A stretch of DNA of 32,000 nucleotides from Mycoplasmoides genitalium G37. Lineage in GTDB: Bacteria > Bacillota_I > Bacilli_A > Mycoplasmatales > Mycoplasmoidaceae. Both the position numbers and the translations under genes were made by a program. Under the pieces are notes generated by a model. That model was not told where the DNA came from, made no database searches, and was given only the letters and a program-made list of their open reading frames with translations. Where the stretch lies: the NCBI RefSeq assembly GCF_000027325.1, contig NC_000908.2, positions 210,001 to 242,000 of the forward strand. Reading direction: 5' to 3'. This document shows positions 1 through 9,510 of this stretch, piece after piece. Positions within the stretch are counted from its first letter, which is position 1; every line of letters begins with the position of its first letter.

Positions 1-390
1 TTGATTAAAATTTATGCAAATACTGCGGTTAAATACCAAGGTTTTAAACCTGAAGTAGTTGCTAATAAACTAAAAAAGACCCAGTATCAAAAATCATTGT
101 CACACATCATTGCTATCCCCCATTTTTATGCAGGTAACTTCTATGTTTACAAGTATGCCATTGGCCAAGTTGCAGGTATTTTAGTAGCTAAAAAAATTAA
201 TAGTGGTGATAAAAAGATGAAAGATAATTACTTTAAATTCCTCAGTTCAGGTTCTAGTTTAGCGCCACTTGAAACCATTAAACTCTTAGGGATTGACCTT
301 ACTTCACCCCAACCCTGACAAGAAGCACATAACGAAGTAAAGCGTTGGCTTAAAATTGTGAAACAAAGCTTTAAAAAACTCCAAAAATAA
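1..390 (+). CDS. pepF: Oligoendopeptidase F (M3-family peptidase), C-terminal portion; 5' end lies outside the window
   Basis: Frame 1 is open from the window edge. ORF-track 1..318 continues through TGA 316-318 (read as Trp) to TAA 388-390. Product is assigned from the C-terminal sequence character and from the remembered gene order MG183-MG184; no catalytic motif is visible in this fragment. Confidence 0.6.
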
Positions 391-1344
391 GTGCACCATT
401 TTAACCGCGCTAAAAAGGCCAAGAATAACGAGTTTTTTACTTTAATTGATGAGATTGAAAACGAAGTAATTAACTACCAAAAGCAGTTTGCAAATAAAAC
501 CATTTTTTGTAACTGTAATGATGGTAAAAATTCCCATTTTTTTCAGTTTTTTCAAACTAACTTTAACCAGTTACAACTAAAAAAACTCATTGGGTTTAGT
601 TTTAATAATCTCTCACAAGCTGACAAGTTCACTTTTGATGGAAATAAAGTAACTAAAACCAAATTAAAGGGTAATGGTGATTTTAGTTCTGATGAATCGA
701 TTGAAGTGTTAAAACAAGCAGATATAGTTGTAACAAATCCACCCTTTAGTTTGTTTCAAAGTTTCATTGATCTGTTAATACAACACAACAAGCAGTTTCT
801 GGTTTTAGGGTTAAATGCAGCAGTTAGCTATAACCATATTTTTACCTACTTTAAAACTAACAAGTTGTGGTTTGGCTATACCGTTAATAAAACAATGAGT
901 TTTTCAGTTAACAGTGACTATCAACTTTATAACCCCAAAACTAGTAACTTTTTTACAAAAAATGGCAAGTGTTTCCAAAAGATAGCAGGTATCTCTTGGT
1001 TTACTAATTTAGGAAAACCACATTATAACCCCTTTTTAAATACCAACTGTTTTTATAAAAACAACGAAAAAAACTATCCCAAGTTTGATTGGTATGATGC
1101 TATTTATGTCAACAAGATTAAAAACATCCCTATGGATTGAAATGGATTGATGGGAGTTCCTTTAACCTTTTTAAACTGTTACAACCCCAAGCAGTTTGAA
1201 TTAGTTGATTGTCTTGCTAACCCTTATGCTACCTTAGATACATTAAAAACAAATGCCTTTGTGAAATTAAATCAGGGTGATGTGAGAAATGTTAATGGTA
1301 AAAGAAGGTATGTAAGGGTAATAATTAAAAAACAACAAATTTAG
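391..1344 (+). CDS. N6-adenine DNA methyltransferase, solitary (MG184-like)
   Basis: GTG start directly abuts the pepF stop. ORF-track pieces 391..1140 and 1147..1344 share frame 1 and are joined across TGA 1138-1140. Catalytic motif IV is visible as VVTNPPFSLF. There is no nuclease-like ORF on either side. Confidence 0.85.
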
Positions 1345-1443
1345 TTTTTTCAACATTTAACAACTCTGTTTTTACAAAAGTTAGCTTAATTTTGCTAAAT
1401 TGTTTTTTGATAGCACACTGCTGTCAACGAACCATGTTGATAA

Positions 1444-3549
1444 ATGAAATTCAAACTATTTTTTTTATCAAGCAGTGTGTTGGGTCCAATTGCCCTATTT
1501 ACAACTGCTTGTAGTGCTGTTTATAGGTTTGATCAAGTTGATGATGGCAAGATTAAACTAGCAACTGTAACTTCAGCTTCCGCTAGTGGCTCGCTTACTA
1601 CTATCATCAGTAAATATAATTCACAAAAAGATCCTAATGATTATCCAGTGGAACTGGTTTCACTTGATAGTAGGGGCAGTTATTCTAATGGCAAAAAGGA
1701 TCTGCAAGCTAAACTGCTAGCTAAGGATAAAAATAACTTTTATAACCTTACTTTTAACTATAGTGATGTAGTTTCAATCCTCTCAAGAAGCCAGATGGAG
1801 TTGAGCTTTGATACGGTTGATACTAGTAATTTTGATCCTAGTTTTCTTAGTTTTAACAATAATATTTCCAATGTTAATCCAAATAGCATCTATGCTTTAC
1901 CTGCTACTGTATCAGGTGAAGTTTTAGTTTTAAATGGACCGGTGTTACATTACATTTTAAGTAGTGCTAAAAAAGATAGTAACACCACCCTTTCAACCCA
2001 TTCAGCTAGCAATAATAGCAATAAGGGAACAATGGTTGTTGCTAGTGATAGTGAAACATCAAGTTTATGAACTAAATTAGAAGCTGCAGCAAAAATGAAT
2101 GCTCAAACTAATGAAACCCAAGTTTTAAAAAGTAATTCATCAGAATCTAACCAAACCCAAGCTAGTGATACAGAGATTAAAAAGATTTGGGGTGATTATC
2201 AAGAAGTTGATGGAGGGTTGAAAAATTACACCTTTAAAGCTAGTGTTTTTAACAATTGAAAAGACCTAAATGACTTTGCCACCAGGATTGCAAAATCCTT
2301 TACAAAACTGCAAACTACCACTAAAAAAGGGGAGGAAGTACAAGCTGTATTTGGGATTGGTAGTTTGGAAAATGCCTTATATACTGCTTTATTTGCTTCT
2401 GGAAAAGCTGATTACAATAACTTTCTTTTTAACATCAAAAACCAGCGAATTAATTTCAGTAACTTTTTTAATAAATCCTCAACTGCATTTCAAAACCTTA
2501 AAACTATCTTTAACAGCTTCAAATCCTTAATTGATCAAAACGGTTTAATCTCAAATGCACACTTTAACACCCCAGTTAATGACTATGCTAAGTTTAACCA
2601 ATTAGCTTTTTACACCTCTTCAACTGCACGCTTTCCCTATTCATTTGCAAGTGATAGTGTAAAGCGTTTAATAGTTAATGACAAGACAATTGAAAACAAA
2701 AACAATAAGAGTGTTTTTGAGGTTAATTTAAGTAGTGATAGTGATAACAACAGTAACCTAATTGGTACTGTATCACTGGAAAATAGTAAACAAGTTTCAC
2801 TCTATGAAAAGCAAGTGGATAGTAATAAACAAATTGGTGTTGATGCTTTGTTAATCAAAGATGAAACTTTAATCAACCATCTTAAGAGTTTAAAATCGCA
2901 AGTTAGTGCAAAAAGTGCTAGTGAAACTTCCCAAACAAAACAAAACAAAACCTTTTTAGCATTTACAACTGTGAATGCAGATCAAAAAGCAATCTTTGAT
3001 GTTGGTAAACTTAATGGCAAAACTGCCAAAATCATTATTAATGCTACTGAAACAACTAATGCTAAGATTAGCACCTTACAAGAAAAAGAGGCAATAGTTC
3101 TAAAAGCACCCCAACGCTTTGAGAGCACTGATCCATTTCCTATTGCTTTAGTGCAAGGTCCTAGTTTAATAGGGATCCATGCAAATGAAAGAGAGGATAT
3201 TGAAACCAAAAAGTTTGTGAATTGGTATCTGAATACTAAAGTCCAATGGGAAGAAAATTCTATTAAAACTCCTGCAGAATATGTAGCTGATAAAGCTTCT
3301 TATCTTTTACCTTTTAAAAATAGGCTAAATAATACTAACAGTTACAATGAGTTTGTTAAAACTGCAGTTAGTCAGTTTGCTGATAAAAATGTAACTAAAT
3401 TTGCAGAACCTGCTGATTTTTTATCCAACAAAGTACGTGATGGTGTTAAGAGTAATTTAAATGCTGCAATTAACAACCACAGCATTGATTTTGATAGTTT
3501 TATCAATGATTTAACAGACTATCTTGGTAGTGATGTTAAAAACATCTAA
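1444..3549 (+). CDS. Membrane lipoprotein of unknown function (MG185-like, 701 aa)
   Basis: Signal peptide plus lipobox ([23 protein letters not shown]). Frame 1 is continuous through in-frame TGAs at 2068-2070 and about 2257-2259, linking ORF-track 1444..2070 to 2365..3549. Ends at TAA 3547-3549. Confidence 0.8.
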
Positions 3550-3555
3550 TAATTT

Positions 3556-5832
3556 ATTCCCCCAACCTCTATTTTCTGTTACTAGTGCCTAAGGTGGTAG
3601 TGGAGTATCACAACCTGAATAACCAAGTAGTCAAAGAGAGTTTGGAAGTGGAATCTTCTTCCTCTTTCAACCCCACCCAAAGGTTGCAAAAAGATAGTCC
3701 GGTGAAGGATTCAAACAAAGACAGTGAGAAACTCGAAACAACTGCTTCATCGATGAGTAGTGGGGCTACATCTCCTCGCAAGGCCCTTAAGATAGAGGTG
3801 GAGAAAGGCAGTAATGTCAATCAAGGCGAACTAGCAAAAAACGACTTTGCTAAAAAGCCACTGAAACATAAGAACAGTAGTGGGACAGAGGTGAAGTTAG
3901 CTGCGAATGGGGAGTTTGCAGGAGACAAGGCCTGAAAACCATTGTTGACTACCGAGCAAATAAAAGATAATAGGGGGATGGGGGCTTTCTCCAACTCCCC
4001 CTCCCCTTCAACTTCCGCTTCCTCAACCCCCCTCCCCACTTTTTCTAACATCAATGTTGGGGTTAAATCAATGATCACTCAACATTTAAATCAGCAAAAC
4101 ACCCGGTGGGTGTTTATACCTAACTTTTCACCTGACATCTGAACAGGAGCAGGTTATAGAAAAGCTAATAACAACAATAACGGCATTCCTTTTGAACAGG
4201 TGAAACCTAGCAATAGTAGTCAACAGTTTAATCCCAATTCAGATGATAATAAAGTCACTCAAGGTGGTGGCTCCCCAGCCAAAAAAACAACGTATGACAA
4301 TTTACCAAACTCCATCAGTCCCACCAGTGACTGGATCAACGCATTGACTTTTACTAATAAGAATAACCCGCAGCGCAATCAACTGTTGCTCAGAAGCTTA
4401 CTAGGAACTATCCCGGTCTTGATCAATAAGAGTGGAGGAAGTGGGAATGAGTTTACCCATACGAGTGAGCAGAAGTGGGATAAAACGAATGAAAAAGATG
4501 GGAATTTACCTGGGTTTGGGGAGGTGAATGGTGGTTTTATTATGTTTTTATCAAATCTTTATTTACTTTAATAGTTAAAAAAGTTTTGAATTTTTCTTAG
4601 TTTTTTATTTGTTTAATATTTAAGAAAGTCTCAAATTTTTATCAGTTTATTGGTCAAAGAAGTCGCAAATTTTCTTAATTTATTTATTCAATAGTTAAAA
4701 AAGCGTTAGGTTTTTCTTAGTTTTTTTATTTGTTTAATATTTAAAAATTTCTTGATTTTTATCCTTAATTTAATTAATAAAACCTTTACCCCTATTATCA
4801 CAAACCATCCATAACACCAACCTGTTTGTGTTGTTCAAGTCTAGGGATGTAAAAGTTAAGTATGAGTCAAGTGGCAGTAACAACATTAGTTTTGATTCAA
4901 CTAGTCAAGGTGAAAAACCATCCTATGTGGTCGAGTTTACTAACTCTACCAACATTGGCATCAAGTGAAGCGTGGTGAAAAAGTATCAGTTAGATCTACC
5001 AAATGTTACCAATGAGATGAACCAAGTGTTGCAAGAATTGATCCTAGAACAACCCCTTACCAAGTATACCTTAAACAGTAGTTTGGCTAAACAAAAGGGT
5101 AAAACCCAAAGGGAGGTGCATCTCTCAAATTCAAATCAGTGACAATCGATGCGTAATCAACATGACCTAAACAACAATCCCAGCCCCAATGCTTCAACTG
5201 GATTTAAATTAGACAAAGGCAATGCATATAGAAAACTAAGTGAATCCTGACCAATTTACCAACCAATTGATGGGACCAAGCAGGGCAAAGGGAAGGATAG
5301 TAGTGGGTGGAGTTCAACAGAAGCAACAACGGCAAAAAATGATGCGCCCAGTGTTTCTGGAAGTGGAACATCAGACACCGCTTCAAAATTCAAAAGTTAC
5401 CTCAACACCAAGCAAGCGTTAGAGAGCATCGGCATTTTGTTTGATGGAACAACGGCGAGGAATGTGGTTACCCTCCTTCCTCTACTTTCAACCCAACAAG
5501 GTGAAAAGTGGTCAATATCAACAAAATAACACCTACAACAAGTTAATTGAACCGGAAAGTGCAACAAGTGCAGCGAGCAGCATGACCAACTTGTTAAACA
5601 TGTTGTCTAGTAAAAACATCAAACAGAAGTTGGGGAAGGGGGGAACAGCAATGCAGGGAAGTTTCAGTGTCCAAGACACCTTCAGCTTTGTTGTTCCTTA
5701 TTCGGGGAATCATACAAATAGTGGAACAACTGGACCCATTAAAACTGCTTATCCGGTGAAAAAAGATCAAAAATCAACTGTCAAGATCAATTCCTTGATC
5801 AACGCTACGCCGTTGAATAGTTATGGGGATTT
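3556..5832 (+). repeat. MgPa repeat archive 1 (by genome position probably MgPar4): silent mosaic of mgpB and mgpC segments
   Basis: By-eye alignment to the expression site: 3556-3985 matches mgpB 12156-12585 (B); 3985-4531 matches 13896-14446 (EF); 4532-4800 is an AT-rich spacer; 4801-5445 matches mgpC 16108-16755; 5470-5660 matches mgpB 14872-15057 (G); 5661-5832 matches mgpC 17271-17445. Same orientation as the operon, with clustered substitutions and indels. There is no ATG or signal peptide context. Confidence 0.9.
4532..4800. repeat. AT-rich spacer of archive 1 containing a 120-bp tandem duplication of a ~49-nt motif
   Basis: AATAGTTAAAAAAG..TTTTTCTTAGTTTTTTATTTGTTTAATA occurs at 4570-4618 and 4690-4739. 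Both ends are conserved with the spacer of archive 2 (GGTTTTAT.. on the left, TTAATTAATAAAACCTTTACCCCTATTA on the right). Confidence 0.8.
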
Positions 5833-5920
5833 AAATAATCACACCAAGTTAATTTACCCAAATTATTTACTTATTTATTAACCATTGTTACCCAATTTTT
5901 CAACCACTTCCCCACTCTAT

Positions 5921-5943
5921 AAATTGTTATTTTTTAACAATTT
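5921..5943. promoter_or_regulatory. Perfect 9-bp A/T palindrome (AAATTGTTA-TTTTT-TAACAATTT) upstream of the nuclease/ABC genes; possible operator, function unknown
   Basis: Read directly from the sequence. A second partial palindrome CAATTT..AAATTG follows (5938-5957). A/T-rich -10-like hexamers lie at 5969-5984. It is not followed by a T-run, so it is not a good terminator. Confidence 0.2.
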
Positions 5944-6015
5944 GAACAATTAAATTGCAAAAAATAACTATATTAATGTAAATTTAGCTAACAAGCTTAA
6001 CTGGTTGTTTTTGAG

Positions 6016-6768
6016 ATGAAAGGGTTTTTAAAACCAAATTTCTCGCTCGGTGCTTTGTTTTTAACTTTAAGCCCCATAGCCACTGCATGCATTGCTGAAA
6101 AACCAGTTAACAACCGCTTTAACTTTAATAGCGAGCAATTAGCTAGGCTAAGAAAAGCAAGGGTTAACCACTGAAGAGATGGGGATACTTTGGAAGTTAG
6201 CTTTGCAAATAACCACCAAAAACCGATCCGTATCTATGCCATTGATACCCCTGAAAAAGCAGTTTTATCTATACAACGCAAATCAGAGATAGAACTTAAA
6301 GAAGCTAATAAAGCAACTGAGTTTGCCAAAAGCTTAATTCCCATTGGTAGTGAGGTGTGGATCTGACCACTAAATAGCTATAGCTATGATCGTGAAGTAG
6401 CTGCAGTGTTTTTCAAAACCAATCCATTGCAACTGCACTTTGAATCGTTTGCAGTTGAAATGGTAGCAAATGGTCATGCTTTACCTATTGCTGGTAATGA
6501 CTTTGATTTTGTTTTTAGTGATTTGGACCCATTTAATCCCCTAAAAATAGTAGGGATTGAACTAGCTAATGGTTTAAACAATGCTTTTAACAACAGAAAA
6601 AACATCTTTAGTTATTTAGAAAACAGTTTTCAATCAATAACAATGGTCTATCAACAACGCGGTGTTGACCAAAGTTGAACAAGGTATTTAGCTCCTAGTA
6701 ATGATTTTTCCTCTACTAAACTGGGGTTGGGATTAACCATCTATGAATTGAAACTAAACAATGGCTAA
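6016..6768 (+). CDS. Staphylococcal-nuclease-fold membrane lipoprotein nuclease (MG186-like)
   Basis: ATG 6016. Lipobox LSPIATAC. SNase motifs are visible in my translation (RDGDTLEV...IRIYAIDTPE). Frame 1 is continuous through TGAs (e.g. 6676-6678) to TAA 6766-6768. It overlaps the next gene by 8 nt (ATGGCTAA). Confidence 0.85.
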
Positions 6769-8518
6769 CAATAAGAGTGCAATTGAGTTGAAAAACATCG
6801 TTGTTGATTTTGGTGAATCAGTTGCGATTGACAACATTAACCTTAGTGTTGAAAAACACCAACTAGTTAGCTTACTTGGTCCTAGTGGTTGTGGTAAAAC
6901 CACTACACTTGCAGTTATTGCAGGACTTATTAAACCAACTAGTGGTCAGGTGTTATTTAATGGTTATGATGTCACCAAAAAACCACCCCAAGAACGTAAA
7001 CTAGGGCTAGTTTTTCAAAACTATGCACTTTATCCGCACATGAATGTGTTTGAAAACATTGTTTTCCCCCTCTACAGTGATAACTCGTGAAAACAAGCAG
7101 TTTTGGAAAAAAACAGTGTTGCAAACCATGAGATTAACTGTTTGTTACTTACTAGCAACGGTGCATCAGTTCAAGAGATTGATCAGCTCAATAAGTTATT
7201 TCATGATAGTATTGAAAAACCCAAACAGATCCAATACCAAATTAATGACCTTAATGTTAGTGTTTTTAAAAACTTAAATGAACTAACTGCAAACCTTAAG
7301 TTAATACCAAGTAAGCACCAGTTTGCTATTACCAATCTCAACAAACAAACTCTAAAACAGATTAATGAACTGGAAGCTGAGTTTAAAACAAAGTGAAAGT
7401 TACAAAAACAAACCCCAATTAAGAGTGGGGTTGAACACAATGCCAAACTCCAAGCAATTAAACAACACTTTAGTTATGAAAAACAACGGTTAAAAAAACA
7501 CTATTTCAAAACTAAAGTGGAACTAAAACAAACCCTTGTTGAAAACCTTAAGTTAGTTAAAAAAGCGATTAGTGAACAAACTAAGTTAATTAAACAGAGT
7601 AGTGATTACACTAAGTTAAAGCAATTAAAACGGTTAATTAAAGTTGAACCTAACCAACTCAAAAAACAATATAAGGTTTTTCTCAATCAGTTAATTAAAA
7701 ACTATTCACTTAAAACTGATAAGTTAACTGATACTCAACTTAATGAAATTGAACAGATTAAAACCAGAATTGTTTCAATAAAACAGTTTATCAACAAAAC
7801 TGCACTTGAAGTAGCTAACAAACTAGCGATTACCAAGATTTTAACCAAACGCCCTGATAAGATTTCTGGTGGACAACAACAACGCGTAGCAATTGCTAGA
7901 GCAATTGTCAGAAGACCTAAACTATTGTTAATGGATGAACCACTCTCTAACTTAGATGCAAAGCTAAGGGTACAGACAAGACAGTGGATCAGACAGTTTC
8001 AACAGGAGTTACAAATTACCACTGTTTTTGTCACCCATGACCAGGAAGAAGCGATGAGTATTAGTGATGTCATTGTTTGTATGTCAACTGGAAAAGTGCA
8101 GCAAATCGGCACACCCAGTGAACTTTATTTAAAACCTGCTAATGAGTTTGTTGCGCGCTTTTTAGGCACCCCTGAGATGAACATCATTGAATGTAGTGTC
8201 AAAAACAACCAGTTGTTTTGAAACAACCATCTGTTAGTTACTGAGAGTTTTAAGCTTAATGTAGAGAAACTCTTAGTTGGGTTTAGGTATGAACAACTAG
8301 TGGTCACTACTAACAAAAGTAGTTTGCAAGCTAAACTAATTAACATTGAAAACTTAGGTAAACACTTAGTTGCTACCATTAGTTTGTTTGATACCACCTT
8401 ATCAATGCGCTTAGAATTGAATAGCCACTTAAAAGTAGGTGATAGTTTAAATTTCATTATTAAAGCTAACAACCTCCATTTTTTTGATATTGATACAAAA
8501 CAACGGATTGAGATTTAA
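6761..8518 (+). CDS. ABC transporter ATP-binding subunit, MalK/UgpC type, with a large internal insertion (MG187-like, 585 aa)
   Basis: Four ORF-track pieces (6761.., 7103.., 7517.., 8300..8518) all lie in frame 2 and are joined by in-frame TGAs. Walker [11 protein letters not shown]-loop [12 protein letters not shown], signature ISGGQQQR, Walker [13 protein letters not shown] and H-loop VTHDQ are present, plus a C-terminal regulatory-type domain. Confidence 0.9.
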
Positions 8519-8520
8519 CA

Positions 8521-9510
8521 ATGTTTAAGTGGTTATTAAAACATCATAATCAACCTCATAGCCTCCAGTTAGGGTTACTAGACCAACCATTACCGTTCTG
8601 AAAGCCCTTTTTGTTGTTCCTCCCTGCGCTTTTAACAACAATTTTGTTTACCATTATCCCCTTCTTTTTAAGCTTACAGAAGGGTTTTAGTGCTAACAGT
8701 GATCTGTATGATCTCTCCTCCCAATCCTTTAGTTTACGAACCTTTCAGGATCTGTTTAGTGAATCTAACTTTGTGTTGGGCTTACGCAATAGTTTTCTCT
8801 ATTCACTAATCTCTTTACCCTTTAGCATTATCATTGCTATTGTTATTGCCAGTGCCATAGTATTTGTGTACAAAAAATTGTTAAGAGGGTTTTGACAGAC
8901 CGTGTTTTTTTTACCCTATGTAACTTCAGGGGTGGCAATCTCGATTGCCTTTGTATATATCTTTGATTCTGCCTCTGGTATTTTAAACACGGTGTTTAAT
9001 GTCAACACCAAGTGGCTTGATTCAGGTTCACGTGATACATTTAATGCCTTGTGGGCTATCTTAATCTTTGGGGTGTGGAAAAACTTGGCATTTAATGTGT
9101 TGATTATCTCAACAGCAATGTTAAGTGTTAATCCCCAACTTTACAAGGTAGCAAGTTTAGATAGTGCCAATCCTGTAAGACAGTTCTTTAAGATTACTCT
9201 TCCCTCCATCCGTCCTACTTTAATCTTTCTTACTACCCTTTTAATCTTAGGGGGGATGCAAGTCTTTCCGCTGGCTTTGTTTGAAAACAAACCTGAAGAA
9301 GCGGTTGCTAATGGGGGGAATAGTATCTTGCTTTACATCTTTCAACAGATCCAAAGTGGCAATACTAACTTAGCAGGTGCTGCTACTTTAGTGTTGTTTG
9401 TGTTGGGAGTTTGTTATGGGTTAGTGTTACGTAATGGCTTTTATCTGATTGAATGGTTGCAGTGAAAAATTAAACAGCTTTATGTTCAAAAACAACTTAC
9501 GCTTTACTAG
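8521..9510 (+). CDS. ABC transporter permease (MG188-like, UgpA/MalF family)
   Basis: ATG 8521, 2 nt after the ATPase stop. Frame 1 runs through TGAs at 8599-8601, 8893-8895 and 9463-9465 to TAG 9508-9510. Multiple hydrophobic helices and an EAA-type loop (KVASLDSANPVRQFFKITLP) are present. Confidence 0.85.

Noticed and set aside
1444-3549. MG185-like lipoprotein as the missing solute-binding protein of the ABC transporter at 6761-10438
   Set aside because: It is separated from the transporter by the archive and the nuclease gene. The adjacency probably results from rearrangement at the repeat. I cannot recognise a binding-protein fold from sequence alone.
4570-4739. The repeated AT-rich 49-nt motif as a CRISPR-like array
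   Set aside because: Archive 1 has only two copies 120 bp apart. The sequence between them partly repeats as well, no cas genes are present, and the motif lacks the usual repeat-spacer regularity.
3556-5832. Interpreting the archives as insertion sequences or other mobile elements
   Set aside because: There is no transposase or integrase ORF, no terminal inverted repeats and no target-site duplication. Their content derives entirely from the adhesin genes plus an AT-rich spacer.
3585-5881. Calling the archive ORFs (3585..3935, 3942..4142, 4200..4571, 5441..5881, and 19461..19811 in archive 2) protein-coding genes or classical pseudogenes
   Set aside because: They are truncated, permuted copies of mgpB and mgpC segments with no ATG, signal-peptide or anchor context. 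They are best described as recombination donor repeats. Possible cryptic expression is listed only as a hypothesis.
6761-8518. Apparent fragmentation of many genes into 60-250 aa pieces in the ORF track (for example the ABC ATPase into four pieces and pheT into five), which suggests pseudogenes or frameshifts
   Set aside because: All pieces of each gene share one frame and are separated only by TGA. Under code 4 they form full-length proteins with intact motifs.
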